64,000 nt of DNA from an uncultured Hyphomonas sp. Its GTDB lineage: Bacteria; Pseudomonadota; Alphaproteobacteria; Caulobacterales; Hyphomonadaceae. A program made the translations under genes and the position numbers. The notes below the pieces were generated by a model that ran no database searches, had not been told where the DNA came from, and saw nothing but the letters and a program-made list of their open reading frames with translations. This document shows positions 50,879 through 59,291 of the stretch, piece after piece. The number at the start of each line of letters is the position of its first letter. The first letter of the stretch is position 1. The stretch lies in contig OY776147.1 of NCBI GenBank assembly GCA_963675305.1, positions 1,334,426 through 1,398,425 on the forward strand, given 5' to 3'.

Positions 50879-51652
50879 TCACTTGCCGCTGTTGAAGCTG
50901 ACGACATTGTCTGTTTCACCGGATTCCTTGATGATCCCGAGCCGCCGGGCCACTTCGGCATAGGCTTCCGTCACCCCGCCCAGATCGCGGCGGAAGCGGT
51001 CCTTGTCCAGCTTGTCGCCGGTTTCGAAATCCCACAGGCGGCAGGAGTCGGGGCTGATCTCATCGGCCAGCAGAATCCGCGGAATCTCGGCATCGCCTTC
51101 GAAATAACGTCCGAACTCCAGCTTGAAGTCGATCAGGCGGATGCCGACGGCGGCGAACAGGCCTGACATGAAATCATTCACACGCAGGGCCAGCGAGATG
51201 AGGTCGTCATACTCCTGGGGGCCGGCCCAGCCGAAAGCGGCGATATGTTCTTCCGTCACCAGCGGATCATGCAGGGCGTCGTCTTTGTAGTAGAACTCAA
51301 CGATCGGGCGCGGCAGGACCTGGCCTTCTTCGATCCCGAGGCGCTTGGCCAACGAGCCGGCGGCAACGTTGCGCACAACGACTTCCAGCGGAATGATCTC
51401 AACCTTCTTGATCAGCTGCTCACGCATATTGAGGCGGCGGATGAAGTGGGTCGGGATGCCGACGCCGGCCAGGCGGGTCATCATGAATTCGCTGATGCGG
51501 TTATTCAGGACGCCTTTGCCATCCAGCACGGCGCGTTTCTGGGCATCAAAGGCAGTTGTATCATCCTTGAAATACTGAATGAGGGTGCCCGGCTCCGGAC
51601 CCTCATAAAGGATCTTGGCCTTGCCTTCATAAACGACACGTCGTTTGTTCAT
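50879..51652 (-). CDS. purC: phosphoribosylaminoimidazole-succinocarboxamide synthase
   Basis: The 257-aa product has SAICAR synthetase motifs ([25 protein letters not shown]). Confidence 0.96.
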   Translation of the reverse strand: MNKRRVVYEGKAKILYEGPEPGTLIQYFKDDTTAFDAQKRAVLDGKGVLNNRISEFMMTRLAGVGIPTHFIRRLNMREQLIKKVEIIPLEVVVRNVAAGSLAKRLGIEEGQVLPRPIVEFYYKDDALHDPLVTEEHIAAFGWAGPQEYDDLISLALRVNDFMSGLFAAVGIRLIDFKLEFGRYFEGDAEIPRILLADEISPDSCRLWDFETGDKLDKDRFRRDLGGVTEAYAEVARRLGIIKESGETDNVVSFNSGK

Positions 51653-51833
51653 GGATAAACCCCTTTCATGGGTCCCTGAATGGGGACCGGGACGGCTTCA
51701 TCTGGCAGGAATCGCCGCAGCCCCTCCGCTAGCGGCCCCTGTTACGCCAATCCGTCGCGGGAAACAATTATTGCACACACCTTGTCGGGGACTCTATATG
51801 CCGCCAAGGTCTACTTATGTGAAAGGTCCTGAG

Positions 51834-52154
51834 ATGAGCACATTCAACGATCGGGAGCGCGCGGAAGAAGCGCGGTTTGCGCTCACCGAGGAGCAACAGT
51901 TCAAGGTCATGAACCGCCGCAACAAGCTTCTGGGCTTGTGGGCAGCCGGTATCATGGGCATGGGCGAAGACGACGCCGAAGCCTATGCGAAAACCGTGGT
52001 CCTGTCGGACCTCGAAGAGGCTGGCGACGAGGACGTGTTCCGGAAGGTGCGCGCAGACCTCGACAAGGCCGAGACCGGCACGAGCGATGCTGAAATTCGC
52101 GAGCAGATGGCCGTCCTTATTCCGGAAGCCCGTTCGCAGGTCGTCGACGAATAG
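51834..52154 (+). CDS. DUF1476 protein, alphaproteobacterial F1-ATPase inhibitor zeta-subunit-like
   Basis: The 106-aa product from ATG 51834 begins MSTFNDRERAEEARFALTEEQQFKVMNRRNKLLGLWAA, which matches the zeta/DUF1476 pattern as I remember it. The track start 51645 adds a non-coding-looking leader. Confidence 0.78.
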   Translation: MSTFNDRERAEEARFALTEEQQFKVMNRRNKLLGLWAAGIMGMGEDDAEAYAKTVVLSDLEEAGDEDVFRKVRADLDKAETGTSDAEIREQMAVLIPEARSQVVDE

Positions 52155-52181
52155 TCCGGGTGTAAACGCGCATTCAGATCA

Positions 52182-52218
52182 AGCGGCGCTGTTCCGGTGG
52201 GGATAGCGCCGCTTTTGT
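52182..52218 (+). terminator. Rho-independent terminator after zeta-like gene
   Basis: AAGCGGCGCT (52182-52191) pairs with AGCGCCGCTT (52206-52215). The T-run TTTT (52214-52217) begins in the last two stem bases. Confidence 0.7.
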
Positions 52219-52241
52219 GTTGATGCGCCGGATAAGCCTTA

Positions 52242-53261
52242 TCACTCGAGCGGTGTGGGGAATTGGGCGCCTTCTCTGAAGACGTCTGAACACCGGCGTG
52301 TATTCTCGCCCAGTGGGGTAAATGAGAGGCAGGAATAGTAAGCGGATCCACGGTTTCCGAAATCCGGATCACCGTGCCATTGGCGCAGCTCTTTCTTTCC
52401 GGTCCAGTTGCTGATCACAAGACGGCCGGGATTGTCCGGGATGAAGGGGTCATTTTCAGGCGTCTGGTAGATCAGCTTGCCGTCGACATACCAGCTGATG
52501 CCTTCCGGCTTCCAGTCGAACGCATAGAGGTGGTCTTCCTCTGACGCATCAAAGGGGAGCTTGATGCGCGCACTACTACCGGTCTTGCCGTTGTGGAAAT
52601 AGTTCAACTCGACAATGCTTGTGTCCTTGCCGACAAACTCGATGTCGATTTCATCATGCGGTTTGCCGAAATAGGGGCCTGTATAGGTGAAGAAGGCCGA
52701 AACCAGGCCGGAGCCTTTCGCCGGGCGCATGATTGTTTCGTACCGGCCGTAGCCATAGGTGCCGATAACCTGGACTTCAGCCAGCGCATACGGCTTCTCC
52801 GGGTTGCCTGTGGGCGTTACATCCAGCCTCAGGCCGTCCGGGCTGGTTTTGACGTTTTCCGGAACCCAGTCGCCGCCCTGAAAGCCTTTGTCGTTGCTGT
52901 GCTTGGATATGTAGAACCGTTCCGGCGAGAGGCCATCTCCAAGTACCGAAACAAAGGCGCCACCCGATTCCAGCATCGGAGCATCCGGTTTCAGCGTGTA
53001 GGGGCCTTCCCGGTGTTCCGGAACTTTCGGGACGGGATTAACCGTGCGCACTGGATTCCATGGAACCACAGGCGACATGTCTGCGACCAGTGGTGCGGAA
53101 GACTTCGTCTCCGGGACCGTCTGCGCATGACGAGGGGCCTGCACAGCGGCATAAAGGGCCACGCACAAGGCAAACACCAGCACCGCCACGATAACGACGG
53201 AGCCCGGTTGCCAGTCCTGCAAGTATTTCTTCAGGCTGTGATCTGTAGTGTCTGTTGCCAT
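52242..53261 (-). CDS. glycoside hydrolase family 16 protein, membrane-anchored
   Basis: It has the GH16 catalytic motif EIDIE (PHDEIDIEFVGKD) and an N-terminal TM anchor (VVIVAVLVFALCVALYAAV). Confidence 0.85.
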   Translation of the reverse strand: MATDTTDHSLKKYLQDWQPGSVVIVAVLVFALCVALYAAVQAPRHAQTVPETKSSAPLVADMSPVVPWNPVRTVNPVPKVPEHREGPYTLKPDAPMLESGGAFVSVLGDGLSPERFYISKHSNDKGFQGGDWVPENVKTSPDGLRLDVTPTGNPEKPYALAEVQVIGTYGYGRYETIMRPAKGSGLVSAFFTYTGPYFGKPHDEIDIEFVGKDTSIVELNYFHNGKTGSSARIKLPFDASEEDHLYAFDWKPEGISWYVDGKLIYQTPENDPFIPDNPGRLVISNWTGKKELRQWHGDPDFGNRGSAYYSCLSFTPLGENTRRCSDVFREGAQFPTPLE

Positions 53262-53305
53262 TCAATGGTCCGATCTCATTTCGGACCATCGCAAGAAACA
53301 GGCCA

Positions 53306-53911
53306 TTAACCTTGTTTCAAAGCAGCCATGTTGCGCATCATGAACAGGGGGATCGAGCCGGCCGGCGTTATTGCCCAGTCGAGTGGCTGATCGTGAGGTT
53401 CTGCTGGAACGTCGTCAATCTGTTGAGCGGCATACGCCACGGCGCAGGCAAAGGCCCGTCCCCCGGATCTTAACGATTGCAGCGCGAGATCGTAGTGGCC
53501 TTTACCATAGCCAAGGCGATTGCCTTTTGCGTCAAACGCAAGAAGCGGCGTCAGGATCAGGGTTGGGTGCGCTTCCGGGGCATCCTCCACCGGTTCGCTA
53601 AGGCCGAAGGGGCGGCGTTCGAGCGGTTCTCCGAAGCTCCACAGGCGCCAGGAAATGCCGCCTTCAGGCAGCATGCGCGGCAGGCACAATTCAGCCCCGG
53701 CGTCGGCCAGCCGCTTCATCAGCGGCATCGGGTCCAGTTCCTCATTAATCGGGACATAGCCCGACACGACTGGTCCGTAGCGTTCCAGCAGCTTCATCGG
53801 AAACAAGTCTGCGATTTTCTCCGCGGCGTCCGGATCGCGCGCTGCGGCTTCGGCGCGAATGGTGCGCATCCGGTGGCGCAGCTGAATCTTGTCGGGAGGA
53901 GGCGTGGTCAT
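53306..53911 (-). CDS. 5-formyltetrahydrofolate cyclo-ligase
   Basis: From ATG 53911 it has the 5-FCL pattern (KIQLRHRMRTIRAE..., LAFDAKGNRLGYGKGHYD). The track start 53983 would run into the 6S-like element. Confidence 0.85.
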   Translation of the reverse strand: MTTPPPDKIQLRHRMRTIRAEAAARDPDAAEKIADLFPMKLLERYGPVVSGYVPINEELDPMPLMKRLADAGAELCLPRMLPEGGISWRLWSFGEPLERRPFGLSEPVEDAPEAHPTLILTPLLAFDAKGNRLGYGKGHYDLALQSLRSGGRAFACAVAYAAQQIDDVPAEPHDQPLDWAITPAGSIPLFMMRNMAALKQG

Positions 53912-53976
53912 GCAGGCAGCCTTAATCAGGTCTGGCGGCGGCGTCACGCCCCTTAACGCGCCAGCGGGGCTGAGTG

Positions 53977-54143
53977 TGCACAAGAACCGCGAACGCCGCA
54001 GGGCATATTCACTCCCGTCAACCTAGAGACTAGGTGGGTGCCAGGTGAGACAGGGCCACGGCCCCATCCAGATTGCCAGCTCCCTGACGGTAAGTAAGGT
54101 CGCCGGAGATCAGTCCCGTCGCGCACGCCGCAGCCCTTGTGCA
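53977..54143 (-). ncRNA. ssrS: candidate 6S RNA
   Basis: This is an ORF-poor gap directly upstream of the 5-FCL gene. The minus strand forms a long irregular hairpin. A 15-bp closing stem pairs UGCACAAGGGCUGCG (54143-54129) with CGCGGUUCUUGUGCA (53991-53977). An inner CCGUCA/UGACGG stem and a GGGCC-GU-GGCCC apex leave unpaired central segments. The boundaries are approximate. Confidence 0.5.
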
Positions 54144-54184
54144 GGATCAGATGTAGGCGCGAATGTGCCGGATTGTAAGCGGGA

Positions 54185-55255
54185 TTATTCTGACGTGACT
54201 GCAATGTCGAACGCGAGCAGGAGCGTGCGTTGCTGCGGATTGAAGTTGTCGTCAGAGATGATCCAGACCCGCGCGACGCCGTTTCCGAGGTCCTGAACTG
54301 TAATCCCCTCGTAATTATCCACAGCCAGGGGACGCGTCAGCACGATTTCCTTCTCGCCGTTTTGCCAGCTGAGGACATTCCGGTTTCCACGAATGGGGTC
54401 GTAGCTGCGGAAGAGCCAGAAGGTCTCGTCGGTGTTGCCAATCCGGGCGGCATCGAAGCCGACAAAGGCGTAGCCGGCAGGATTGGGGGCCATTTCGTCC
54501 GTCCAGCCCGCGGAATCGGGGCCGGTCACCGCCCCGATGGGGGACTGGCCTCGCTCGACGGTTTCATAGCCAAACAGAATGCTGCCTTCGGGCGTGATGG
54601 CGAGGGCCTCGGCGCCGCGATTTTCGTCGATGAGGCGCCCTGCGTATGTGGAGGGCAACGTGCTGATCGGCGCCTCACGGGCCGCGGCCCCGCAGGTCTC
54701 AAGAGCAAATGCAGAGATGCGATGCGTACGCTCAAAGCTGACTATGGCCAGACTATTCCGGACTACCAGCCCCTCAGCATCGCCCATCGACTTGCCTTGA
54801 AGGATCTGCCCATCCTGTCCCAGCATGTAGGTCAACTCACCCGTGCCGTCGGGGGCGCCATCCTCCATGCCGATGCGAACAAAAGCGCCGTCATCGACGA
54901 CGGCAAGCAGGTCACCTTTGGAATCCAGCGCCAGGTCGGACAGGCCGCCAAAACTGGCATTGTCGGCTGTCAGCTCCCATCCGCCGGCAAAGGCCGCCCC
55001 ATCCGGCAGGCGGCGGGCAACTTCCTCTGCCGGGCCGAGGTCGATGGAATGCGCCGTGATTGAGAGCGGAACGGATGGTGCCGGAGCGGTGCCGGCCGGG
55101 CAGGAGGCAGCTGCAAGCTCTGCCGAGACGGTGTCGAAGCTCCAGGCGGCGTCCGCATCCGGCATTGCAACGCGTGAGGCGTCCGGCATCTCTGCGGTGC
55201 CGGCACATGTCGCAAGCAGGAACAGGGACGCGAACTGGATGGTGCGGCGTAGCAT
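54185..55255 (-). CDS. secreted lipoprotein, phytase-like (esterase-like activity of phytase) family
   Basis: It has a lipobox LATC and beta-propeller-like repeats. The C-terminal strings EGITV...ISDDNFNPQQRTLLLAF resemble the phytase-like domain family as I recall it. Confidence 0.6.
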   Translation of the reverse strand: MLRRTIQFASLFLLATCAGTAEMPDASRVAMPDADAAWSFDTVSAELAAASCPAGTAPAPSVPLSITAHSIDLGPAEEVARRLPDGAAFAGGWELTADNASFGGLSDLALDSKGDLLAVVDDGAFVRIGMEDGAPDGTGELTYMLGQDGQILQGKSMGDAEGLVVRNSLAIVSFERTHRISAFALETCGAAAREAPISTLPSTYAGRLIDENRGAEALAITPEGSILFGYETVERGQSPIGAVTGPDSAGWTDEMAPNPAGYAFVGFDAARIGNTDETFWLFRSYDPIRGNRNVLSWQNGEKEIVLTRPLAVDNYEGITVQDLGNGVARVWIISDDNFNPQQRTLLLAFDIAVTSE

Positions 55256-55360
55256 CGGAACCTCGGTGTTCTGGAGTATCTTCCGGTCCCATGCGGCAAA
55301 AACGTGAAGGCTTCGCGAACAAGTCTGGATTTCAAATGCGAACCCATTCAGGAGTCTGGC

Positions 55361-55825
55361 ATGACGCAGATTCCTCTCGCCCGCCGTTCACCGGTCCAAC
55401 CGGATGCCTGCAATCTTGCCAAAGCCATTGATGTGGTCGGGGACCGCTGGACTTTGCTCATTCTCCGCGCCGCGCTTTATGGTGTCCGGCGCTTCGACGA
55501 TTTTCAGGCCGAGCTCGGCTGCCCCAGAACCGTGCTGTCAGGCCGGCTCAAGAAGCTGGTGGACGACGGCCTGCTGGCCAAACGCCCATATAAATCGCCC
55601 GGCAAGCGGTCCCGGCCGGAATACGTCCTCTCGCCGATGGGACTCTCGCTGAGACCGATTCTGATCGGGCTGACACAATGGGGAGATGCCTGGCTGGGCC
55701 AGGGGGAGCCGCCGCCCATCAGCTTCACCCGCGCAGGCTCCAAGTCGGCCATAAGGGCAGCCTTTGTCGATATCGAAGGGCGTGAAGTGCGGCCGGATCA
55801 GATCCGTCCTGTGCTCCGCGGGTGA
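55361..55825 (+). CDS. HxlR family transcriptional regulator
   Basis: The HxlR winged helix reads CNLAKAIDVVGDRWTLLILRAALYGVRRFDDFQAELGCPRTVLSGRLKKLVDDGLL, with the start at ATG 55361. Confidence 0.88.
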   Translation: MTQIPLARRSPVQPDACNLAKAIDVVGDRWTLLILRAALYGVRRFDDFQAELGCPRTVLSGRLKKLVDDGLLAKRPYKSPGKRSRPEYVLSPMGLSLRPILIGLTQWGDAWLGQGEPPPISFTRAGSKSAIRAAFVDIEGREVRPDQIRPVLRG

Positions 55826-55922
55826 TTTGTGCAGTGAGGCAGAAATTCGGCCTTGCAAAGCCGTTCGCTATGCGCTTAATCACGCCTCTCGGCAGCCCCG
55901 GTTGCCGAACACCCTATAGGAC

Positions 55923-55997
55923 GCGGGCGTAGCTCAGGGGTAGAGCACAACCTTGCCAAGGTTGGGGTCGAGAGTTCGAATCTCTTCGCCCGCTCCA
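55923..55997 (+). tRNA. tRNA-Gly (anticodon GCC), CCA encoded
   Basis: The cloverleaf is readable by eye. The acceptor is GCGGGCG/CGCCCGC, the D arm GCTC..GAGC, the anticodon stem CAACC/GGTTG with loop TTGCCAA, and the T loop TTCGAAT, ending in a terminal TCCA. Confidence 0.95.
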
Positions 55998-56027
55998 TTA
56001 TAAATACAGAGAAATCTGGTCTTGAGA

Positions 56028-56058
56028 GTGGCTGCGCCCGGCAGCCACTTCTCTGTAT
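56028..56058 (+). terminator. Hairpin downstream of tRNA-Gly
   Basis: GTGGCTGC (56028-56035) pairs with GCAGCCAC (56041-56048), followed by TTCTCTGTAT. The tail also pairs with ATACAGAGAA at 56004-56013. Confidence 0.45.
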
Positions 56059-56151
56059 GTCGGATATTTAAACCAGAAATACAGACTCTCGTTCCAGGAT
56101 ACGGTTAGAATAACGTCTCTTACATCGAACAATTTAGTGAGGTCTTCGGCG

Positions 56152-57198
56152 ATGCCGGACATTCCACTCCAAAAACGGTCTGACGCGCTGGTTGACGAAC
56201 TCACGCAGGAAGATGTTGCCGGTTTTGTGGATCAGTCATTGGTCCCGACCATGGCGATCAACCGCGACCTCCGGTACGTCTATGCCAATCAGGCTTACTG
56301 TGAAGCCATCGGCATGCCGATTGATGACTTGCTGGGGAAATATGTTTTCGATGTTTACAAGGCGCCGTCCGATCACGAGCTGTCCTTCCAGCGAAAATGC
56401 AGCCTGTCTTTTCAGGGGGAAGTGACACGTTCGGATGTTCACACCAGTGTGCTAACGGATGAGGAGGGGCGGCCCAGAACTGTTCACTGGCAAACGACTC
56501 AGGAGCCTATCTTCGGACCGGACGGGCAAGTTCGGCACCTTGTGCAGCGTGCGGAAGATGTTACTCATCTGGTGGAACTCCAGAAAAGTCACGATGTCAT
56601 CGCCACGGAGCTGGACCACCGGGTTAAAAATTTTGTGTCGGTCATCCTGGCAACTGCCAGGATTACAAGCCTGTCCGCAGCCTCTGTCGAGCAGTATACG
56701 GAGGACTTTTGTTCGCGTGTGGACTCAATGGCCCGTATCTACAGCCGCATGTCTGCAGACGGGCTGAAGGGGCTCCGCCTCCGTGAATTGTTCGAAGATG
56801 AGTTGGCACAGGTCGCAGCCAAGCGGAACATTCAGTATAGTCTGTCAGGGGACGATGTTCAGTTGACTGTGAAGTCGTCCAAGGACGGCGGTATGGTCAT
56901 CCACGAGTTTGTGACGAATGCGGTGCGTCATGGCTGCTTTTCGCGTCCTGAAGGGCGGCTTGACGTCGAATGGGCTGTCGTCGGGAATGAATTGCAGGTG
57001 TTGTGGGTGGAGTCGGGGCTGACTGGAATTAAGCCGCCCGATAAAAAGGGGTTCGGTACCCGCCTGACGGACATGTTGCCAAATGCAAGGGTGAAGCGAA
57101 CCTATCGCGATACGGGCCTTACCATTGAATATATTGTGCCGGTGGAGATCATCATTGATGACGGCGATCAGGACGAGAACTGGCTGGCAGGCGATTAA
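56152..57198 (+). CDS. PAS domain sensor histidine kinase, HWE/HisKA_2 type (PhyK-like)
   Basis: An N-terminal PAS domain is followed by the H-box ELDHRVKNFVSVILA and an HWE-type ATPase region. It is adjacent and convergent to phyR. ATG 56152 has GAGG 9 nt upstream. Confidence 0.85.
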   Translation: MPDIPLQKRSDALVDELTQEDVAGFVDQSLVPTMAINRDLRYVYANQAYCEAIGMPIDDLLGKYVFDVYKAPSDHELSFQRKCSLSFQGEVTRSDVHTSVLTDEEGRPRTVHWQTTQEPIFGPDGQVRHLVQRAEDVTHLVELQKSHDVIATELDHRVKNFVSVILATARITSLSAASVEQYTEDFCSRVDSMARIYSRMSADGLKGLRLRELFEDELAQVAAKRNIQYSLSGDDVQLTVKSSKDGGMVIHEFVTNAVRHGCFSRPEGRLDVEWAVVGNELQVLWVESGLTGIKPPDKKGFGTRLTDMLPNARVKRTYRDTGLTIEYIVPVEIIIDDGDQDENWLAGD

Positions 57199-57953
57199 GA
57201 GGCGGATTGTGTCAGCAAGGCCTGACTGATCACCGTCTTCACATGATCGGCCCGGAATGGTTTCGGGATGAGAAAGGCGGGTTCATTGGCCCGGCCAGCC
57301 AGCAGGCGTTCAGGATATGCCGTGATGACGATGCTGGGCGCCTGATGGAATTCCATGATTTCATCCATAGCATCAAGGCCGGATGAGCCGTCTGCGAGCT
57401 GGATGTCGATCAGCATCAGTCCGGGTTTCTTCGTGCGCGCTTCCTGCACGGCTTCTTCACGGGTCTGAGCCCTTGCAACCAGTTTGTGTCCAAGACTCTC
57501 GATAATTTCCTTCAGTTGGAATGCAATCATCGGCTCATCCTCGATGATCAGCACTTCGGTTGCGAGCGAAGAGGCGAGGTTTAGTTCGGCCTTCTTCAGC
57601 GTGTCTTCCAGTTCTTCTGGTTCGATCCCCAGAATCTCTGCCGCAACGTGTTTCTCGAATTGCTCGACAGCGGTCAGAAAGAGTGCGCGCCGGGATAGCG
57701 AGGAAAGCTTTCCAAGCGAGGGCAGCGGCGTGTCGAGCTCCGGATGCCGCGCCGGATCCACAATGATTGAGTCAAGGAGGCCGAACAGGGCCGCGCGATC
57801 TGCCGGGAGGGGGGCGTCTGCCGGCTGAGGCTTGAGAACATGCTCCTGCAGCATGGTCTCGACGCACAGGTCCCCCGCCATCTGATCGCCCGTCATGGCG
57901 CGCGCATACCGGCGCATGAAAGGTAGTTCCTTGGTTATCAGTTCGTAGAGCAC
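57195..57953 (-). CDS. phyR: anti-anti-sigma response regulator PhyR
   Basis: The N-terminal part is a degenerate ECF sigma-like domain (LPFMRRYARAMTGD...). The C-terminal part is a receiver domain (LIIEDEPMIAFQLKEII...LIDIQLADGSSGLD). It is divergent from nepR-ecfG. Confidence 0.9.
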   Translation of the reverse strand: MLYELITKELPFMRRYARAMTGDQMAGDLCVETMLQEHVLKPQPADAPLPADRAALFGLLDSIIVDPARHPELDTPLPSLGKLSSLSRRALFLTAVEQFEKHVAAEILGIEPEELEDTLKKAELNLASSLATEVLIIEDEPMIAFQLKEIIESLGHKLVARAQTREEAVQEARTKKPGLMLIDIQLADGSSGLDAMDEIMEFHQAPSIVITAYPERLLAGRANEPAFLIPKPFRADHVKTVISQALLTQSAS

Positions 57954-58006
57954 GCAGGCGTCCTTTGCCGATAGTTTATTTTATCTTGGATTCCATAGGA
58001 TACCAA

Positions 58007-58031
58007 AACGAGAATGGAACCATTTTGTTCC
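58007..58031 (-). promoter_or_regulatory. EcfG-type promoter GGAAC-N16-CGTT upstream of phyR
   Basis: The minus strand reads GGAAC(58031-58027)-AAAATGGTTCCATTCT-CGTT(58010-58007). The CGTT lies 53 nt upstream of the phyR ATG. A second GGAAC abuts it at 58036-58032. Confidence 0.65.
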
Positions 58032-58148
58032 GTTCCTCTGAATGAATCTGCGCTTCAAGAACAAATCCTTAACCTCGAGGTGGCAAGAATCAGACAAATC
58101 TGCGACCAAGAGGTGCTCGGGTATGCTCCCGGTCGACATAGGCAAATT

Positions 58149-58373
58149 GTGGGGACAGTTGTTTTGGGGAAATTGGCAAGGTCGCGGGAGGCGGCAGAGA
58201 GCTCGTTCGTATGTACGACACCGGAAAAACTCTCACGAGGATGGCTGGAGGGCGCGATCGGCGAGGCTCTGCGCGAGAGCTTCGCGCCGGTTGTCGACGA
58301 GCCGATGCCAGAGAAATTGCAAGACTTGCTGAGCCAGTTACGCGCTGCGGAACAACAGAAGAAGGGACGCTGA
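58149..58373 (+). CDS. nepR: anti-sigma factor NepR (start uncertain)
   Basis: The C-terminal NepR motif is EALRESFAPVVDEPMPEKLQDLLSQLR, and the gene ends 1 nt before ecfG. The frame is open from 58014, but NepR proteins are typically much shorter than the 119 aa of that frame. GTG 58149, TTG 58164 and TTG 58173 are candidate starts. Confidence 0.7.
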   Translation: MGTVVLGKLARSREAAESSFVCTTPEKLSRGWLEGAIGEALRESFAPVVDEPMPEKLQDLLSQLRAAEQQKKGR

Positions 58374-58374
58374 T

Positions 58375-59016
58375 TTGACCAGAGTGAACCCGGTTCGTCA
58401 GGATGAACTACCGGATTCTGTGAATGAATGGTCGTTTGTTGATGAGCTTGAACGGCTGATTCCGGAGTTGCGAGCATTCGCCCGCAGTTTGTGCCGCGAG
58501 CGGGAGCTTGCGGATGATCTTGTTCAGGACACCTGCCTGAAGGCCTGGCAGGCAGTCGATTCCTTTGATCCAACCGCCCCGATGCGGCCCTGGCTGTTCC
58601 GTATTTTGCGAAATGAGTTCTATCAGTACTCCCGGCGTTCCTGGCGTTCGGCACCGCTGGATCAGGAAGTGGCCGAGAATACGCTGGTCGCTCCAGCCAA
58701 CCTTGATGCGCGGATTGATTTCAGGGTGCTGCAGGCAGCCATGACCGATCTGCCGGATGTGCAGCGTGAAGCGCTGATCCTGGTTGTCGCGGCCGGCTAC
58801 ACTTATGAGGAAGCTGGCGAAATCTGTAATTGCTCTGCCGGCACGATCAAAAGCCGCGTCAGCCGTGCGCGTGAAGCCGTCGTGTATAAGATGGAGCGGG
58901 CGGATATCGGCCAGATTGGCGGCTCGACACGGGATGAGAGCCGCACGGAGAATGGCCACATCGACCTGATTGCTCAGATCGAGTCGCTTGCGCGTGGACT
59001 GTTCAACGCAGCCTGA
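58375..59016 (+). CDS. ecfG: ECF sigma factor EcfG (general stress response)
   Basis: It has region 2 (DLVQDTCLKAWQAVDSFD...WLFRILRNEFYQYSRR) and region 4 (REALILVVAAGYTYEEAGEICNCSAGTIKSRVSRAR). The TTG start has AAGGGA upstream. Confidence 0.9.
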   Translation: MTRVNPVRQDELPDSVNEWSFVDELERLIPELRAFARSLCRERELADDLVQDTCLKAWQAVDSFDPTAPMRPWLFRILRNEFYQYSRRSWRSAPLDQEVAENTLVAPANLDARIDFRVLQAAMTDLPDVQREALILVVAAGYTYEEAGEICNCSAGTIKSRVSRAREAVVYKMERADIGQIGGSTRDESRTENGHIDLIAQIESLARGLFNAA

Positions 59017-59022
59017 GGGCGC

Positions 59023-59235
59023 TTAGCCTACGTTCTCTGATCCCTCAAACTGATCAAAAGCCTGATCGGCGCGTGCCAGCCTCTCACGGGCGCGGTCGCG
59101 GATGTGTTGTACCGCTTCCGTTGGTGGCAGAAGTCCGGCCTCCGCAGCAGCATCTTTCAGCGACGCATAGGCGCGGGACTTTCTGGAACTCGGCGCGCTT
59201 GTGCGCCGTCCGAACAGGGAGAACTTGATCGCCAT
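59023..59235 (-). CDS. hypothetical 70-aa protein convergent with ecfG
   Basis: ATG 59235 has a strong AAGGAG 8 nt upstream. The product is basic and hydrophilic (MAIKFSLFGRRTSAPSSRKSRAY...). I recognised no family. Confidence 0.5.
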   Translation of the reverse strand: MAIKFSLFGRRTSAPSSRKSRAYASLKDAAAEAGLLPPTEAVQHIRDRARERLARADQAFDQFEGSENVG

Positions 59236-59291
59236 AACCCAATCTCCTTGCATCCCTTCGAAATATGCCATTCGGCAAATCTCGCATGGGT

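Noticed and set aside
53953-54296. Two ~83-aa ORFs (53953..54204 minus, 54045..54296 plus) in the gap upstream of the 5-FCL gene.
   Set aside because: They are mutually overlapping with odd composition and no SD. The region is better explained by a structured 6S-like RNA and the 3' end of the phytase-like gene.
58016-58040. A plus-strand GGAAC (58016-58020) as an EcfG promoter for nepR-ecfG.
   Set aside because: The positions 16-17 nt downstream read TCTG/CTGA, not CGTT. The only CGTT nearby is 10 nt away, which is too short a spacer. I could not find another GGAAC-N16/17-CGTT on the plus strand before the NepR motif.
58042-58332. A 96-aa alternative-frame ORF overlapping the nepR region.
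   Set aside because: It is Arg/Ser/Trp-rich with no recognisable motif. The conserved NepR C-terminal motif is in the other frame (58014 frame).
55923-59016. The idea that the block after tRNA-Gly is a genomic island or prophage remnant.
   Set aside because: There is no integrase, transposase, phage gene or long direct repeat of the tRNA 3' end. The genes are the conserved general stress response core with near-normal GC (a spot count gave about 58%).
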